A DNA stretch of 58,147 nucleotides from Candidatus Omnitrophota bacterium (GTDB taxonomy: Bacteria; Omnitrophota; Omnitrophia; Omnitrophales; Aquincolibacteriaceae), in the NCBI GenBank assembly GCA_018883425.1, contig VFQY01000006.1, positions 1-58,147 on the forward strand. The letters run 5' to 3'. Below the pieces are notes generated by a model. The model did no database searches. It worked only from the letters and a program-made list of their open reading frames with translations, and had not been told where the DNA came from. The translations under genes and the position numbers were made by a program. Position 1 is the first letter of the stretch; the number at the start of each line of letters is the position of its first letter. Shown in pieces: positions 18,860 through 27,589 of this stretch.

Positions 18860-20102
18860 CTGAATTCTCCTTTTTGGGTGTGACTAGGGTACCGATCGTT
18901 TCAATCTGACTCGTAATTCCGCCGGCTATTTTTTCAGGCGCCTGAACGATGGCCGAGGGGGTCTGCACCAAAACTGACGGGGCTTTGACCACAACGGTTT
19001 TGGTCTGTTCGACCAGCGCCGCCGGAGTTTGCGTCAAAAGTTTCAATCCTCCCTGAAGCCGGGAGCCAAGCGCGTCCTGAAAAGCCTTGCTGAAAGCTTT
19101 GTAGAAATAAAACTGCGGATCCGTGATATCTCCGGCCACCGGAACCTTCAGAAGAATCTCTTTCTCGTTCTGAAGAAAGCCGAGCGCCCCCGTCATCGGG
19201 AGCCCCCAAAGAAGGTCTGCGCCCTTGACCGCGGGGACAACCTTGAGTCCGTAGAGCCGGAGTTCGCTTTGAGATTCCACTTTTTTCTCACGGCAAATCA
19301 TCCGCATACGCCAATCGAAACGCCCTTCCTCGATCAGGATCGGCAGATCGCTCCAAAAACGCCGGTAATCGAACATCTGACCGCCCCGAATGCGGCCTTC
19401 GAGATCAAAGCTGACTCTTCCGGTCGGAAAATTGGCTTTGCCGTGAACCTCGGCGGCGGCCGGAAAACTCTCTCCAATCAGGCCCCGCAGATGCACGGTC
19501 TGCTTAAGATCCGAAGGGTTGCCGGCGGGCCAGACAAATCCGCTCATCCCGCCGTCAAGATCACGGAAAACAAAACGGTTCGCTGAATCACTGGAGCGCT
19601 GGTCATCGTAGATGAAAACCCCGCGTCTTATCGAGATGAAATCAATCCGCACTTCCCACTCGGTCGGCTTCTCCTCGGCCTGGCGCTCCTGCTTCTTCTT
19701 TTTTTTCCGGGCCTTCATGTAACGGATCCAATCCCGGAGATTCGATGAGCTTTCTTCGCTGAAAGCCCGGCGCTCGATCAAGTAGTAGGGTTCGTTCATC
19801 TCGATACGGCTGATCAAAACTTTTTTGCGGAGCAGGGCCGGAAAATCGACATGAAAATCCAGTTCACGCACAGACAGGTGCGGCGAGTAAGAATACCCCG
19901 GCTGATTGACAAAACTCACCCCGCGCGCGCTCACCCGCCCCGTGAACAGATCCGCCCTCAACGAGTTGACTTTGAAAGTCATGCCGAAGAGACGCCGCAA
20001 GGACGATTCAAGGTAGGGATCCAGCAGAGCGCCTGCGATGCGGTCGGAGAAGGTGAAGGCTGCCGTGAGAGCAAGCAGAAAAACAAGCACAAAACGGCGC
20101 AT
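18849..20102 (-). CDS. AsmA/DUF748-like envelope protein
   Basis: N-terminal membrane anchor, beta-rich body and LKVPVAGDITDPQF near the C-terminus. Confidence 0.6.
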   Translation of the reverse strand: MRRFVLVFLLALTAAFTFSDRIAGALLDPYLESSLRRLFGMTFKVNSLRADLFTGRVSARGVSFVNQPGYSYSPHLSVRELDFHVDFPALLRKKVLISRIEMNEPYYLIERRAFSEESSSNLRDWIRYMKARKKKKKQERQAEEKPTEWEVRIDFISIRRGVFIYDDQRSSDSANRFVFRDLDGGMSGFVWPAGNPSDLKQTVHLRGLIGESFPAAAEVHGKANFPTGRVSFDLEGRIRGGQMFDYRRFWSDLPILIEEGRFDWRMRMICREKKVESQSELRLYGLKVVPAVKGADLLWGLPMTGALGFLQNEKEILLKVPVAGDITDPQFYFYKAFSKAFQDALGSRLQGGLKLLTQTPAALVEQTKTVVVKAPSVLVQTPSAIVQAPEKIAGGITSQIETIGTLVTPKKENSGEF

Positions 20103-21370
20103 CAGGTGCCGCGGAGGTTTTCTGCTTCGGCGACCCGGGACACCCCCAGAACGAACGCGGCAATGCGGTTGGAAAGTTTGTTTTTTTTAGCCGTATCTTT
20201 CATTTCCCAATAAGCGCGGCCGAGAATCTTTTTTAACTCTGCATTCACATGGTATTTCTCCCAGGAATACTGCTGAAGATTCTGCACCCACTCAAAATAG
20301 GAAACGATCACGCCGCCGGCATTGGCAAGAACGTCGGGAATCACGGCGATCGCGTTGGACTGAAAAACCTCGTCCGCTTCGGGACTGGTCGGCCCGTTGG
20401 CGCCTTCCAGAATCACACGGGCGCGCACCTTGGCGGCATTTTTCCGATGAAACACGCCGCCGAGGGCCGCGGGAATCAGGATATCGCACTTGAGCGCGAG
20501 CATCTCCTCATGAGTCATTTTTTCTGCTTTGGCATAATCCGTCAACTCCCCGCCGTGATTGACAAAATTCATGAGTTCGCCGATATCCAGACCCTTGGGA
20601 TCATAGAGCGCGCCCTTCACATTCGAAACCGAGAGAATTTTAACGCCTTTTTCCCAGAGCAAATACGCGGCCCAGGAACCGACGTTTCCAAACCCTTGAA
20701 TCACACACGTTGTCTTGGGAAGAGATAAACCCAGATCCTCGCAAATCATCTCCCCGACCAGACTCACTCCGCGGCCGGTCGCCTCCTCACGCTCCCTCAC
20801 GCCCCCGAGAGCCGGAGGCTTGCCCGTCACCACCGCGGGCGAATGTCCGTGCGTGATCGAATACTCGTCCATGATCCAGGCCATCACCTGGGCGTTCGTC
20901 CCGACATCAGGCGCCGGGATGTCTTGGTAAGGCCCGATAGCCCCCGCAAGATTGTTGATGTAAGTTCGGGTCAGAGTCTGCAGCTCCCGGGGTGAAAACT
21001 CCTTGGGATTGCAGGCGACTCCCCCCTTCGCTCCTCCGAAAGGAATATTGACCAGCGCCGTTTTCCAACTCATCAGGGAAGCCAGGGCGCGGACATCATC
21101 CAGGTCGGTGTCGGGATGATAGCGGATACCGCCCTTGTAAGGACCGCGGGCGCCGCTGTGCTGAACCCGGTAGCCTTCGAAAATTTTGAGTTCTCCGCTA
21201 TCGAGGCGAACGGGCACCGCCACTTTAATCTCACGCCAAGGCTCAGTCAAAAGCCTGCGAAGCGAGGGCTTGTAATCCAGAAAATCAAACGCTTGCCCAA
21301 GGTAATCATTGACGCTTTCAAACGCATTGGTCTTGGGAGGCGTCTTCTTCGATTGCGGGAATTGACTCAT
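20102..21370 (-). CDS. gdhA: Glu/Leu/Phe/Val dehydrogenase (glutamate dehydrogenase)
   Basis: GPYKGGIRYHP, GGAKGG, DIPAPDVGT, QGFGNVG and NAGGVIVSYFEW. Confidence 0.92.
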   Translation of the reverse strand: MSQFPQSKKTPPKTNAFESVNDYLGQAFDFLDYKPSLRRLLTEPWREIKVAVPVRLDSGELKIFEGYRVQHSGARGPYKGGIRYHPDTDLDDVRALASLMSWKTALVNIPFGGAKGGVACNPKEFSPRELQTLTRTYINNLAGAIGPYQDIPAPDVGTNAQVMAWIMDEYSITHGHSPAVVTGKPPALGGVREREEATGRGVSLVGEMICEDLGLSLPKTTCVIQGFGNVGSWAAYLLWEKGVKILSVSNVKGALYDPKGLDIGELMNFVNHGGELTDYAKAEKMTHEEMLALKCDILIPAALGGVFHRKNAAKVRARVILEGANGPTSPEADEVFQSNAIAVIPDVLANAGGVIVSYFEWVQNLQQYSWEKYHVNAELKKILGRAYWEMKDTAKKNKLSNRIAAFVLGVSRVAEAENLRGT

Positions 21371-22035
21371 AGAGTCTTGAACTCCTTTACCATGACAAGG
21401 ACTTCACGTACAAGTTGACGGATGCCCGAGGCCGCCTCTCCAATATTTTGGGCGAGCATGTACGCGGGCGTGGAGACAATCCGGTTTTGTTTATCGGCAC
21501 AAACGCCGTGAACATCACACACTTCATGGCGGTGGCCCAGAGCGGTGATCACTTCAGCGGTCGAAGCATCCGAACCGATCGTCAGCTTCAGGTTTTTGCC
21601 CTCAAAAACTTTCGCCAGAAGGACGGGCGCGATGCATACCGCCCCAATCGGTTTGCCGGCGGCGTGCATGCGCCGGATCAGCGTTTCCGTCGAACTCTCA
21701 ACGGCCGCCTGCAGGCCGTCGAAGGCAAAGGTGCAGAGATTTTTAACGACCCCGTAGCCTCCCGGAAAAATAAGCGCATCAAGATCCTCGGCCCGCGCCT
21801 CGTGAAGCGGAGTCACTTTCCCCCGGGCGATGCGGGCAGATTCCGTCAGGACCGAGCGCTTTTCCTGCGCGGCCTCTCCCGTCCTATGATTGATGACGTG
21901 CGCAAGCTCGATCTCAGGGGCCAGACAAACCGCCTCGGCTCCAGCCTCACAGAGAGCCAGAAGAACAGCCGCAGACTCATGAATCTCCGCCCCGTCAAAG
22001 ACACCGCATCCGGAAAGCACAACGCCTACTCTCAT
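21367..22035 (-). CDS. elbB: DJ-1/PfpI-family glyoxalase ElbB
   Basis: VLSGCGVFDGAEIHE, ESARIARG, PGGYG, CIAP and STPAYM. Confidence 0.9.
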   Translation of the reverse strand: MRVGVVLSGCGVFDGAEIHESAAVLLALCEAGAEAVCLAPEIELAHVINHRTGEAAQEKRSVLTESARIARGKVTPLHEARAEDLDALIFPGGYGVVKNLCTFAFDGLQAAVESSTETLIRRMHAAGKPIGAVCIAPVLLAKVFEGKNLKLTIGSDASTAEVITALGHRHEVCDVHGVCADKQNRIVSTPAYMLAQNIGEAASGIRQLVREVLVMVKEFKTL

Positions 22036-23186
22036 TTTTTTACCCCCTTGCGTCCGCTGTTTCGGGACTCTTCGTCCCGGCAAGCCGAAAGAATTTCAAC
22101 CAACCGGTCAATCTCCTCCGGCGTATTATAAAAGTGCGGCCCGATCCGGAGCCCTCCTCCCCTGGGGGAAACAAAAACACCCCGGGCTAGAAGCCTCTTC
22201 CAGACCCGGACGGCGGCGTTCATCTCGGCGATTACAATCCCCGAACGGAAACGCTCCTCACGGGGAGAAAGAACCCGAAAACCCCGGTCTTCCAGCCTCT
22301 CAGCCGCATAAGCGGAAAGCTCCAGAATGCGCCTGAAGATTTTTTCGATCCCGATGTCCATAAGATACTCGATCGCGGCGCCCACGGCAAAGATAGCCGG
22401 AAATCCCGGCACTCCCATCTCGTAGCGCGCGGCCTCGCTGCGGATCGCCGTCTTTCGGTTCTTCATGGCGTCAGGGTCCTTGACGCTGCGCCAGCCGATC
22501 GATGCCGGTTTGAATTTCCGGAGAATTTCCGAACGGATATACATCAAACCTCCGCCGTAGCCCGCCATGAGCCACTTGTAACTGTTCGAGCAAACGATGT
22601 CGGCGTTACAGGCTTTGACATTGAACGGAACGGCGCCCAGCGACTGAGTCGCATTGACGACCAGGTAACGGCGGCCCTTCATTTGCCCGAGCGCCTCCAA
22701 ATCCTGACGGAATCCCGTCGCATACTGAACCGAACTCGTCACGATGGTTTTGACTTCGGGCCGAAGCTGGCGCTGCAGATCCTCCAGCGCAAGGATGCCG
22801 CCGGCGCGGGGCTTTTGATAAAAGATCTTCGCTTTTCTCCAAATCCAGGGAAGGGTGCTGGAGGGGAATTCGCAAACGTTGGTCAGAACAGAACCTTCAC
22901 CGGCCAGCATTTCAGCGGCCGCATTCACCGCCTGCGAGGTACTGGAAACAAAGGCGATTTCTTCAGGTTCGGCATGGATAAATTTCGCGGCAGCCGCCCG
23001 GCACCGTTCGGCTCTTTTCATCCAGCGCGGCCATGCAAAATCAGCTTCTAGAGCATTTTCCCGAAGAGCTTCCTGCATGCGGATCCGCACAGGTTCTGCC
23101 AGGGGACCACCGGCCGCATGGTCCAGATAAAGGCCGCTTCGGGTGAGCGGAAAGTCCCTGCGGATTTTTTCCCAGAAAGAACTCAT
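22032..23186 (-). CDS. Class V PLP-dependent aminotransferase-family enzyme
   Basis: YLDHAA, EFPS, ATQSLG, SYKWL (PLP lysine) and LRIGPHFYN. Confidence 0.85.
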   Translation of the reverse strand: MSSFWEKIRRDFPLTRSGLYLDHAAGGPLAEPVRIRMQEALRENALEADFAWPRWMKRAERCRAAAAKFIHAEPEEIAFVSSTSQAVNAAAEMLAGEGSVLTNVCEFPSSTLPWIWRKAKIFYQKPRAGGILALEDLQRQLRPEVKTIVTSSVQYATGFRQDLEALGQMKGRRYLVVNATQSLGAVPFNVKACNADIVCSNSYKWLMAGYGGGLMYIRSEILRKFKPASIGWRSVKDPDAMKNRKTAIRSEAARYEMGVPGFPAIFAVGAAIEYLMDIGIEKIFRRILELSAYAAERLEDRGFRVLSPREERFRSGIVIAEMNAAVRVWKRLLARGVFVSPRGGGLRIGPHFYNTPEEIDRLVEILSACRDEESRNSGRKGVKK

Positions 23187-23253
23187 GCCTCTAGCCTTTC
23201 GCTCCGCGGGAAAACTGCGCCGCCGCCAGGCTCAGCGGGATCAGAAGCGGACC

Positions 23254-24411
23254 TTAATAACGCGCCACAGCGGGGTCGATGCGGTCCGACCAGTGGTCGA
23301 TGCCCCCCGCAACATTCTTGAGTTTCTTGAATCCCCGGGACTGAAGCATCTGAAGAGCGCGGCGGCTTCGTCCTCCGTGATGACAAATCGCCACGATCTC
23401 CTTTTCCCGGTAGGGCTCCAATTCTCCGGCGCGGTCCGGAATCGCGCCGAGCGGGATTAAGCGGGCCCCCTCAATGCGGGCAATTTGATACTCGAAAGGT
23501 TCACGGACATCGAGAAAGAAAAAATCTTCGCGCTGATCAAGCTTCTTTTTCAATTCCTCGACAGAGATATCCGCGATGCCGTCGGAGGCGCCTCCGCGGG
23601 TCAAACCGCAGAACTGATCATAATCGATTAAGCTCGTGATCACGGGGTTTTTCCCGCACACGGGGCAGTTGGGATCTTTCTTCAGTTTGAGTTCACGAAA
23701 GGTCATCTGAAGAGCGTCATAAACGAGGAGCCGTCCCACGAGCGTGCGCCCGATACCGCAGAGAATTTTAACGGCTTCCGTCGCCTGAATCAGCCCGATC
23801 ACGCCCGGAAGAATTCCCAGCACGCCGCCTTCGGCACAGCTCGGCACCATCCCGGGAGGAGGCGGTTCGGGGTAAAGGCACCGGTAACAAGGCCCTTCAT
23901 CCGCCTTGAACACCGTCGCCAGGCCATCAAAGCGGAAAATCGAGCCGTAAATGTTCGGCTTGTTGAGAAACACGCACGCGTCACTCGTCAAGTAGCGGGT
24001 GGGGAAATTGTCCGTACCGTCGATCACCAAATCGTAATCGCGGATGATTTCCAGGGCATTGGCAGAGGTGATCTTGACTTCATATTTCACGACTTTCGTG
24101 TCGGGATTCATGGCCTTGATGCGTTTCTCAGCTGAATCGATCTTCGGTGTTCCAATGGCATCATTGGTATGAATAATCTGACGCTGAAGGTTGGAAAGAT
24201 CGACTTTATCAAAATCCACAAGTCCCAGGGTTCCGACACCCGCGGCAGCCAGGTAGAGCGCAATCGGGGAACCCAGCCCTCCGGAACCGATCAGCAGGAC
24301 TTTCGAGCGCAGGAGCTTTTTCTGACCTTCCTCGCCTATTTCCGGCAGAATAAAATGGCGGCTGTAACGCGTCAGCTGTTCTGAAGTTAATTCCATATCC
24401 TTGGATTCCAT
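23254..24411 (-). CDS. moeB: MoeB/MoeZ adenylyltransferase-sulfurtransferase (ThiF plus rhodanese)
   Basis: RYSRH, GSGGLG, SNLQRQ, CYRC/CPVC zinc sites, PSCAEGG and the rhodanese CHHGGRS motif. Confidence 0.9.
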   Translation of the reverse strand: MESKDMELTSEQLTRYSRHFILPEIGEEGQKKLLRSKVLLIGSGGLGSPIALYLAAAGVGTLGLVDFDKVDLSNLQRQIIHTNDAIGTPKIDSAEKRIKAMNPDTKVVKYEVKITSANALEIIRDYDLVIDGTDNFPTRYLTSDACVFLNKPNIYGSIFRFDGLATVFKADEGPCYRCLYPEPPPPGMVPSCAEGGVLGILPGVIGLIQATEAVKILCGIGRTLVGRLLVYDALQMTFRELKLKKDPNCPVCGKNPVITSLIDYDQFCGLTRGGASDGIADISVEELKKKLDQREDFFFLDVREPFEYQIARIEGARLIPLGAIPDRAGELEPYREKEIVAICHHGGRSRRALQMLQSRGFKKLKNVAGGIDHWSDRIDPAVARY

Positions 24412-24424
24412 ACTCGGACCTCTT

Positions 24425-25378
24425 CTAGCGGGGATTCAGCCCCTGTTGAAAAATCGGCTCTTCTTTGAAAAGCCTGCTTAAAGCCATGATTTGATTCTGC
24501 GTCAATTCCGGCGATTCTGAGGCCTCGGCGTTATCCCGGGCCTGCTGAGCTTGCTTGATCCCCACAAGGACCGAGGCAATTTCACCGCGGGAGAGAACAA
24601 ACTCCAGGGCCGCTTTGGGCCATCCCGCTTTGGGAACGACCCCGCAGAGGAGCCTGAATTTTTCTTCGTCCGCGCGGAGTTTGTCAGCGTGCCAGCGCCG
24701 GCGGTGATCCCCCTTGGGAAACTCGAAATCGGCCGGGTACTTCCCGCTCAGCCATCCCGAGGCCAAAGGCTCACGGGCAGCTAAGGCCGTCTTCTTTCGG
24801 ACAGCTTCGGCGAAAACCGCTTCCATCCGGGTATCCATCACGTTGAAGGGAATCTGAAGCGCCTCGACCTCCGGGAACTCAAGCGCAGACTGAGCTTCTT
24901 CGACCCGATGAACCGAAATGCCTCCGAAGCGGATTTTGCCAGCCTTCTTGAGTTCCTTGAGAACATCAGCCGCTTCCCCGCTCTGAATCAACTCCAGCGG
25001 CGGATTGTGAAGCCAAAAAAGATCGACCGCCTCCGCTTTCAAGCGGCGCAAACTTCTCTCGAGAGCAAAACCCAGGTAGGCGGCGTCGAAACGCTTGCGG
25101 ACCGGAGCCTGGTAGAAATCCCAGCCCGCTTTGGTTGCGACACAAACGTCACCGCGAGGCTTGCCTTTCAGGAATTGGGCCAGCAGCGATTCGCTTCGCC
25201 CTTTGCCGTAGCTGTCAGCTGTGTCAAAGAAATTGATTCCCCGATCCCAAGCCGCCTCTAGAGCTTCGAGGGACTCCCGGTCAGACGTTGGGCCATAAGC
25301 GTCCCCGCCTATGGCCCACGCGCCAAAACCGATTTCAGAGACTTTGAGCCCTGAACGCCCTAACTCCCGGTATTTCAC
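24425..25378 (-). CDS. Aldo/keto reductase
   Basis: LGRSGLKVSEIGFG, FFDTADSYG, ATKAG and LHNP. Confidence 0.9.
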   Translation of the reverse strand: MKYRELGRSGLKVSEIGFGAWAIGGDAYGPTSDRESLEALEAAWDRGINFFDTADSYGKGRSESLLAQFLKGKPRGDVCVATKAGWDFYQAPVRKRFDAAYLGFALERSLRRLKAEAVDLFWLHNPPLELIQSGEAADVLKELKKAGKIRFGGISVHRVEEAQSALEFPEVEALQIPFNVMDTRMEAVFAEAVRKKTALAAREPLASGWLSGKYPADFEFPKGDHRRRWHADKLRADEEKFRLLCGVVPKAGWPKAALEFVLSRGEIASVLVGIKQAQQARDNAEASESPELTQNQIMALSRLFKEEPIFQQGLNPR

Positions 25379-25384
25379 AGCGGG

Positions 25385-26431
25385 TCAGCTGACCGCAACT
25401 CCCTGGCGGAGAGTCTTGCCGGTCGACTTGAGATCATCGCAGGCTTGCCTGACCCGATCCGCCATGGCCACCTCGGCGGCCTTCAGATAGACGCGCGGAT
25501 CATAGACCTTCTTATTTCCGACCTCGCCGTCGACTTTCAGGACGCCGTCGTAATTTTTGAACATATGATCGACGATGGGACGCGTAAAAGCATACTGACA
25601 GTCGGTATCGATGTTCATCTTGATCACACCGTACTCAAGCGTTTCATGGATCTCTTCGATCGACGAACCTGAGCCGCCGTGAAAAACAAGGTAGAACTTG
25701 GAGTCGGGACCATGCGCCTTCATGACGGCATCCTGCCCCTGCTTCAGAATGACAGGCTTCAGCTTGACATTACCCGGCTTGTAGACACCGTGGACATTGC
25801 CGAAGGTCGCGGCAAACATGTACCTGGAGCCTTTCACGGCATTCAGACGATTAGCGACTTCCACCATGTCTTCAGGGGTCGTGTAGAGCTTCTCAGCCGG
25901 CGCATCTTCCGTGTTCACGCCGTCTTCCTCGCCGCCGACGACTCCCGCTTCGACCTCGAGGATGATCTCGTTCTTGGCGCAGCGTTCGAGAAGTTTCACG
26001 GCGATGTCCATGTTCTCTTTCAGGGGAAGTTCACTGCCGTCGAACATGTGGCTGTTGAAAAGATTGGGAAGACCCGCGGCCCGCCTCTTTTCCGTCTCGG
26101 TAATCAGCGGCCCGACAAATTTTTCGATTTTGTCAGCTTGGCAGTGATCGGTATGGAGAGCCACGAAAATATTGTAGCGTTCGGCCACGCGGTGAACATG
26201 CTCGGCCAGCGTGATCGCTCCGAGCGCCATATCTTTCACCGAAGATCCGGAGGCAAACTGGCCGCCTCCCGTGGAAACCTGCAGAATACCGTCTGACTTG
26301 GCTTCGGCCAGCCCTCGGAGTGTTGCATTCGCGGTGACAATCGACGTCACATTGATCGCAGGAAACGCATACTTATTCTGCATGGCGGAATCGAGCATTT
26401 TGCAATAGGTTTTATAATCGGCTACGGGCAT
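25385..26431 (-). CDS. fbaA: Class II fructose-bisphosphate aldolase
   Basis: LHTDHC, GVVGGEEDG, FGNVHGVYKPG, VFHGGSG and KMNIDTD. Confidence 0.95.
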   Translation of the reverse strand: MPVADYKTYCKMLDSAMQNKYAFPAINVTSIVTANATLRGLAEAKSDGILQVSTGGGQFASGSSVKDMALGAITLAEHVHRVAERYNIFVALHTDHCQADKIEKFVGPLITETEKRRAAGLPNLFNSHMFDGSELPLKENMDIAVKLLERCAKNEIILEVEAGVVGGEEDGVNTEDAPAEKLYTTPEDMVEVANRLNAVKGSRYMFAATFGNVHGVYKPGNVKLKPVILKQGQDAVMKAHGPDSKFYLVFHGGSGSSIEEIHETLEYGVIKMNIDTDCQYAFTRPIVDHMFKNYDGVLKVDGEVGNKKVYDPRVYLKAAEVAMADRVRQACDDLKSTGKTLRQGVAVS

Positions 26432-26495
26432 TGAAAGCTCCTTGATTTTGATTTTCTATTCGGGGGATTGATAAGAACCCTGGATACGGCGAGAC

Positions 26496-26825
26496 CTACG
26501 CCTTGACAGCCTCGTCAATGGCGCGCTGAATGTTTTCCTGCGACTGGAAACCCACAAGCTGGCCGGCCACTTGTCCATTCTTAAAAAGAATCATCGTGGG
26601 AATTCCCTGGATACCGTACTTCTGGGGCGTGTCCTGGTTTTCATCCACATTCATTTTTCCCACCACCACCTTACCCAGGTTGGCGCCGGCAATTCTTTCG
26701 ATCACGGGTCCGAGCATCCGGCAGGGACCGCACCATTCGGCCCAGAAATCAACCAGGACGGGCTGCGAGGCGTCGAGAACTTCGGATTTGAAATTAGCGT
26801 CGGTAAATGTTTTCTCTGATCCCAT
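26496..26825 (-). CDS. trxA: Thioredoxin
   Basis: DFWAEWCGPC and GIPT. Confidence 0.96.
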   Translation of the reverse strand: MGSEKTFTDANFKSEVLDASQPVLVDFWAEWCGPCRMLGPVIERIAGANLGKVVVGKMNVDENQDTPQKYGIQGIPTMILFKNGQVAGQLVGFQSQENIQRAIDEAVKA

Positions 26826-26882
26826 AGCGTTATCTCCTCTAAGTCGGGCCTTTCATAAAGTGCTGTAATATACCCCAGGCCT

Positions 26883-27077
26883 TCATCTTTGTCCAGCCGC
26901 GGCCCCTGGCTGTGTTCCCTCCCGGCGGGGTTCTGCACCCAGTTCTTGCCCCGGAGCTTTTCGGGTCCCCTGCAAATCCCGCCCGACAGCCGACACTGCG
27001 GCGAACAGAAGGGACGCCAGAATCATCGCCATCAGAAAATCCGTGAAGGCAAAACCTCGAGAGTCACGCGGTGTCAT
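26883..27077 (-). CDS. Small prepilin-like membrane protein (64 aa)
   Basis: MTPRDSRG|FAFTDFLMAMILASLLFAAVSAVG resembles a class III signal; co-oriented with its neighbours. Confidence 0.5.
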   Translation of the reverse strand: MTPRDSRGFAFTDFLMAMILASLLFAAVSAVGRDLQGTRKAPGQELGAEPRREGTQPGAAAGQR

Positions 27078-27185
27078 AGGCCTGCGGTCCGTTGAACGTT
27101 TGACGCGAGACCTTATCATACGGGGAAGGCGGACGGGCATCAAGCTGAGTTTGGGGCCCTCGAGGCCCCTCCCTCGGGGATTTTC

Positions 27186-27575
27186 TTACGCTGCATCCTC
27201 TTCGTTCTTATGCTCGAAAACATTCTGAATCGCCTCGAGCAGTTCCGCGACAAAGGGTTTATTGATCACATCTTCGGCACCGTTCTGCAGGGCCTTACGG
27301 ATAAACTCCTCGTCCTGACAAGCCGTGAACATGATGACGGGAATCAGGCAGGTCAGCGGGTCCTCTTTCAGGCGCCGGCACACCTCATATCCGTCCAGTC
27401 CGGGCATGAGAATGTCGAGCAGGATGAGGTCCGGCTTGGCCGTTTTGGCTTTCTCGAGAGCTTCAAGACCGCTCGCCGCCGATTCGACATCGTACTTTTT
27501 AGCTTTCAGACGGCTGACCATAATTTTCGAAATCATGGGTTCATCATCGACAAAAAGAATTTTTTTTTGGGCCAT
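27186..27575 (-). CDS. Single-domain response regulator
   Basis: FVDDE, LLDILMP and KPF receiver motifs. Confidence 0.92.
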   Translation of the reverse strand: MAQKKILFVDDEPMISKIMVSRLKAKKYDVESAASGLEALEKAKTAKPDLILLDILMPGLDGYEVCRRLKEDPLTCLIPVIMFTACQDEEFIRKALQNGAEDVINKPFVAELLEAIQNVFEHKNEEDAA

Positions 27576-27589
27576 ATCTCCTCGCTTTT

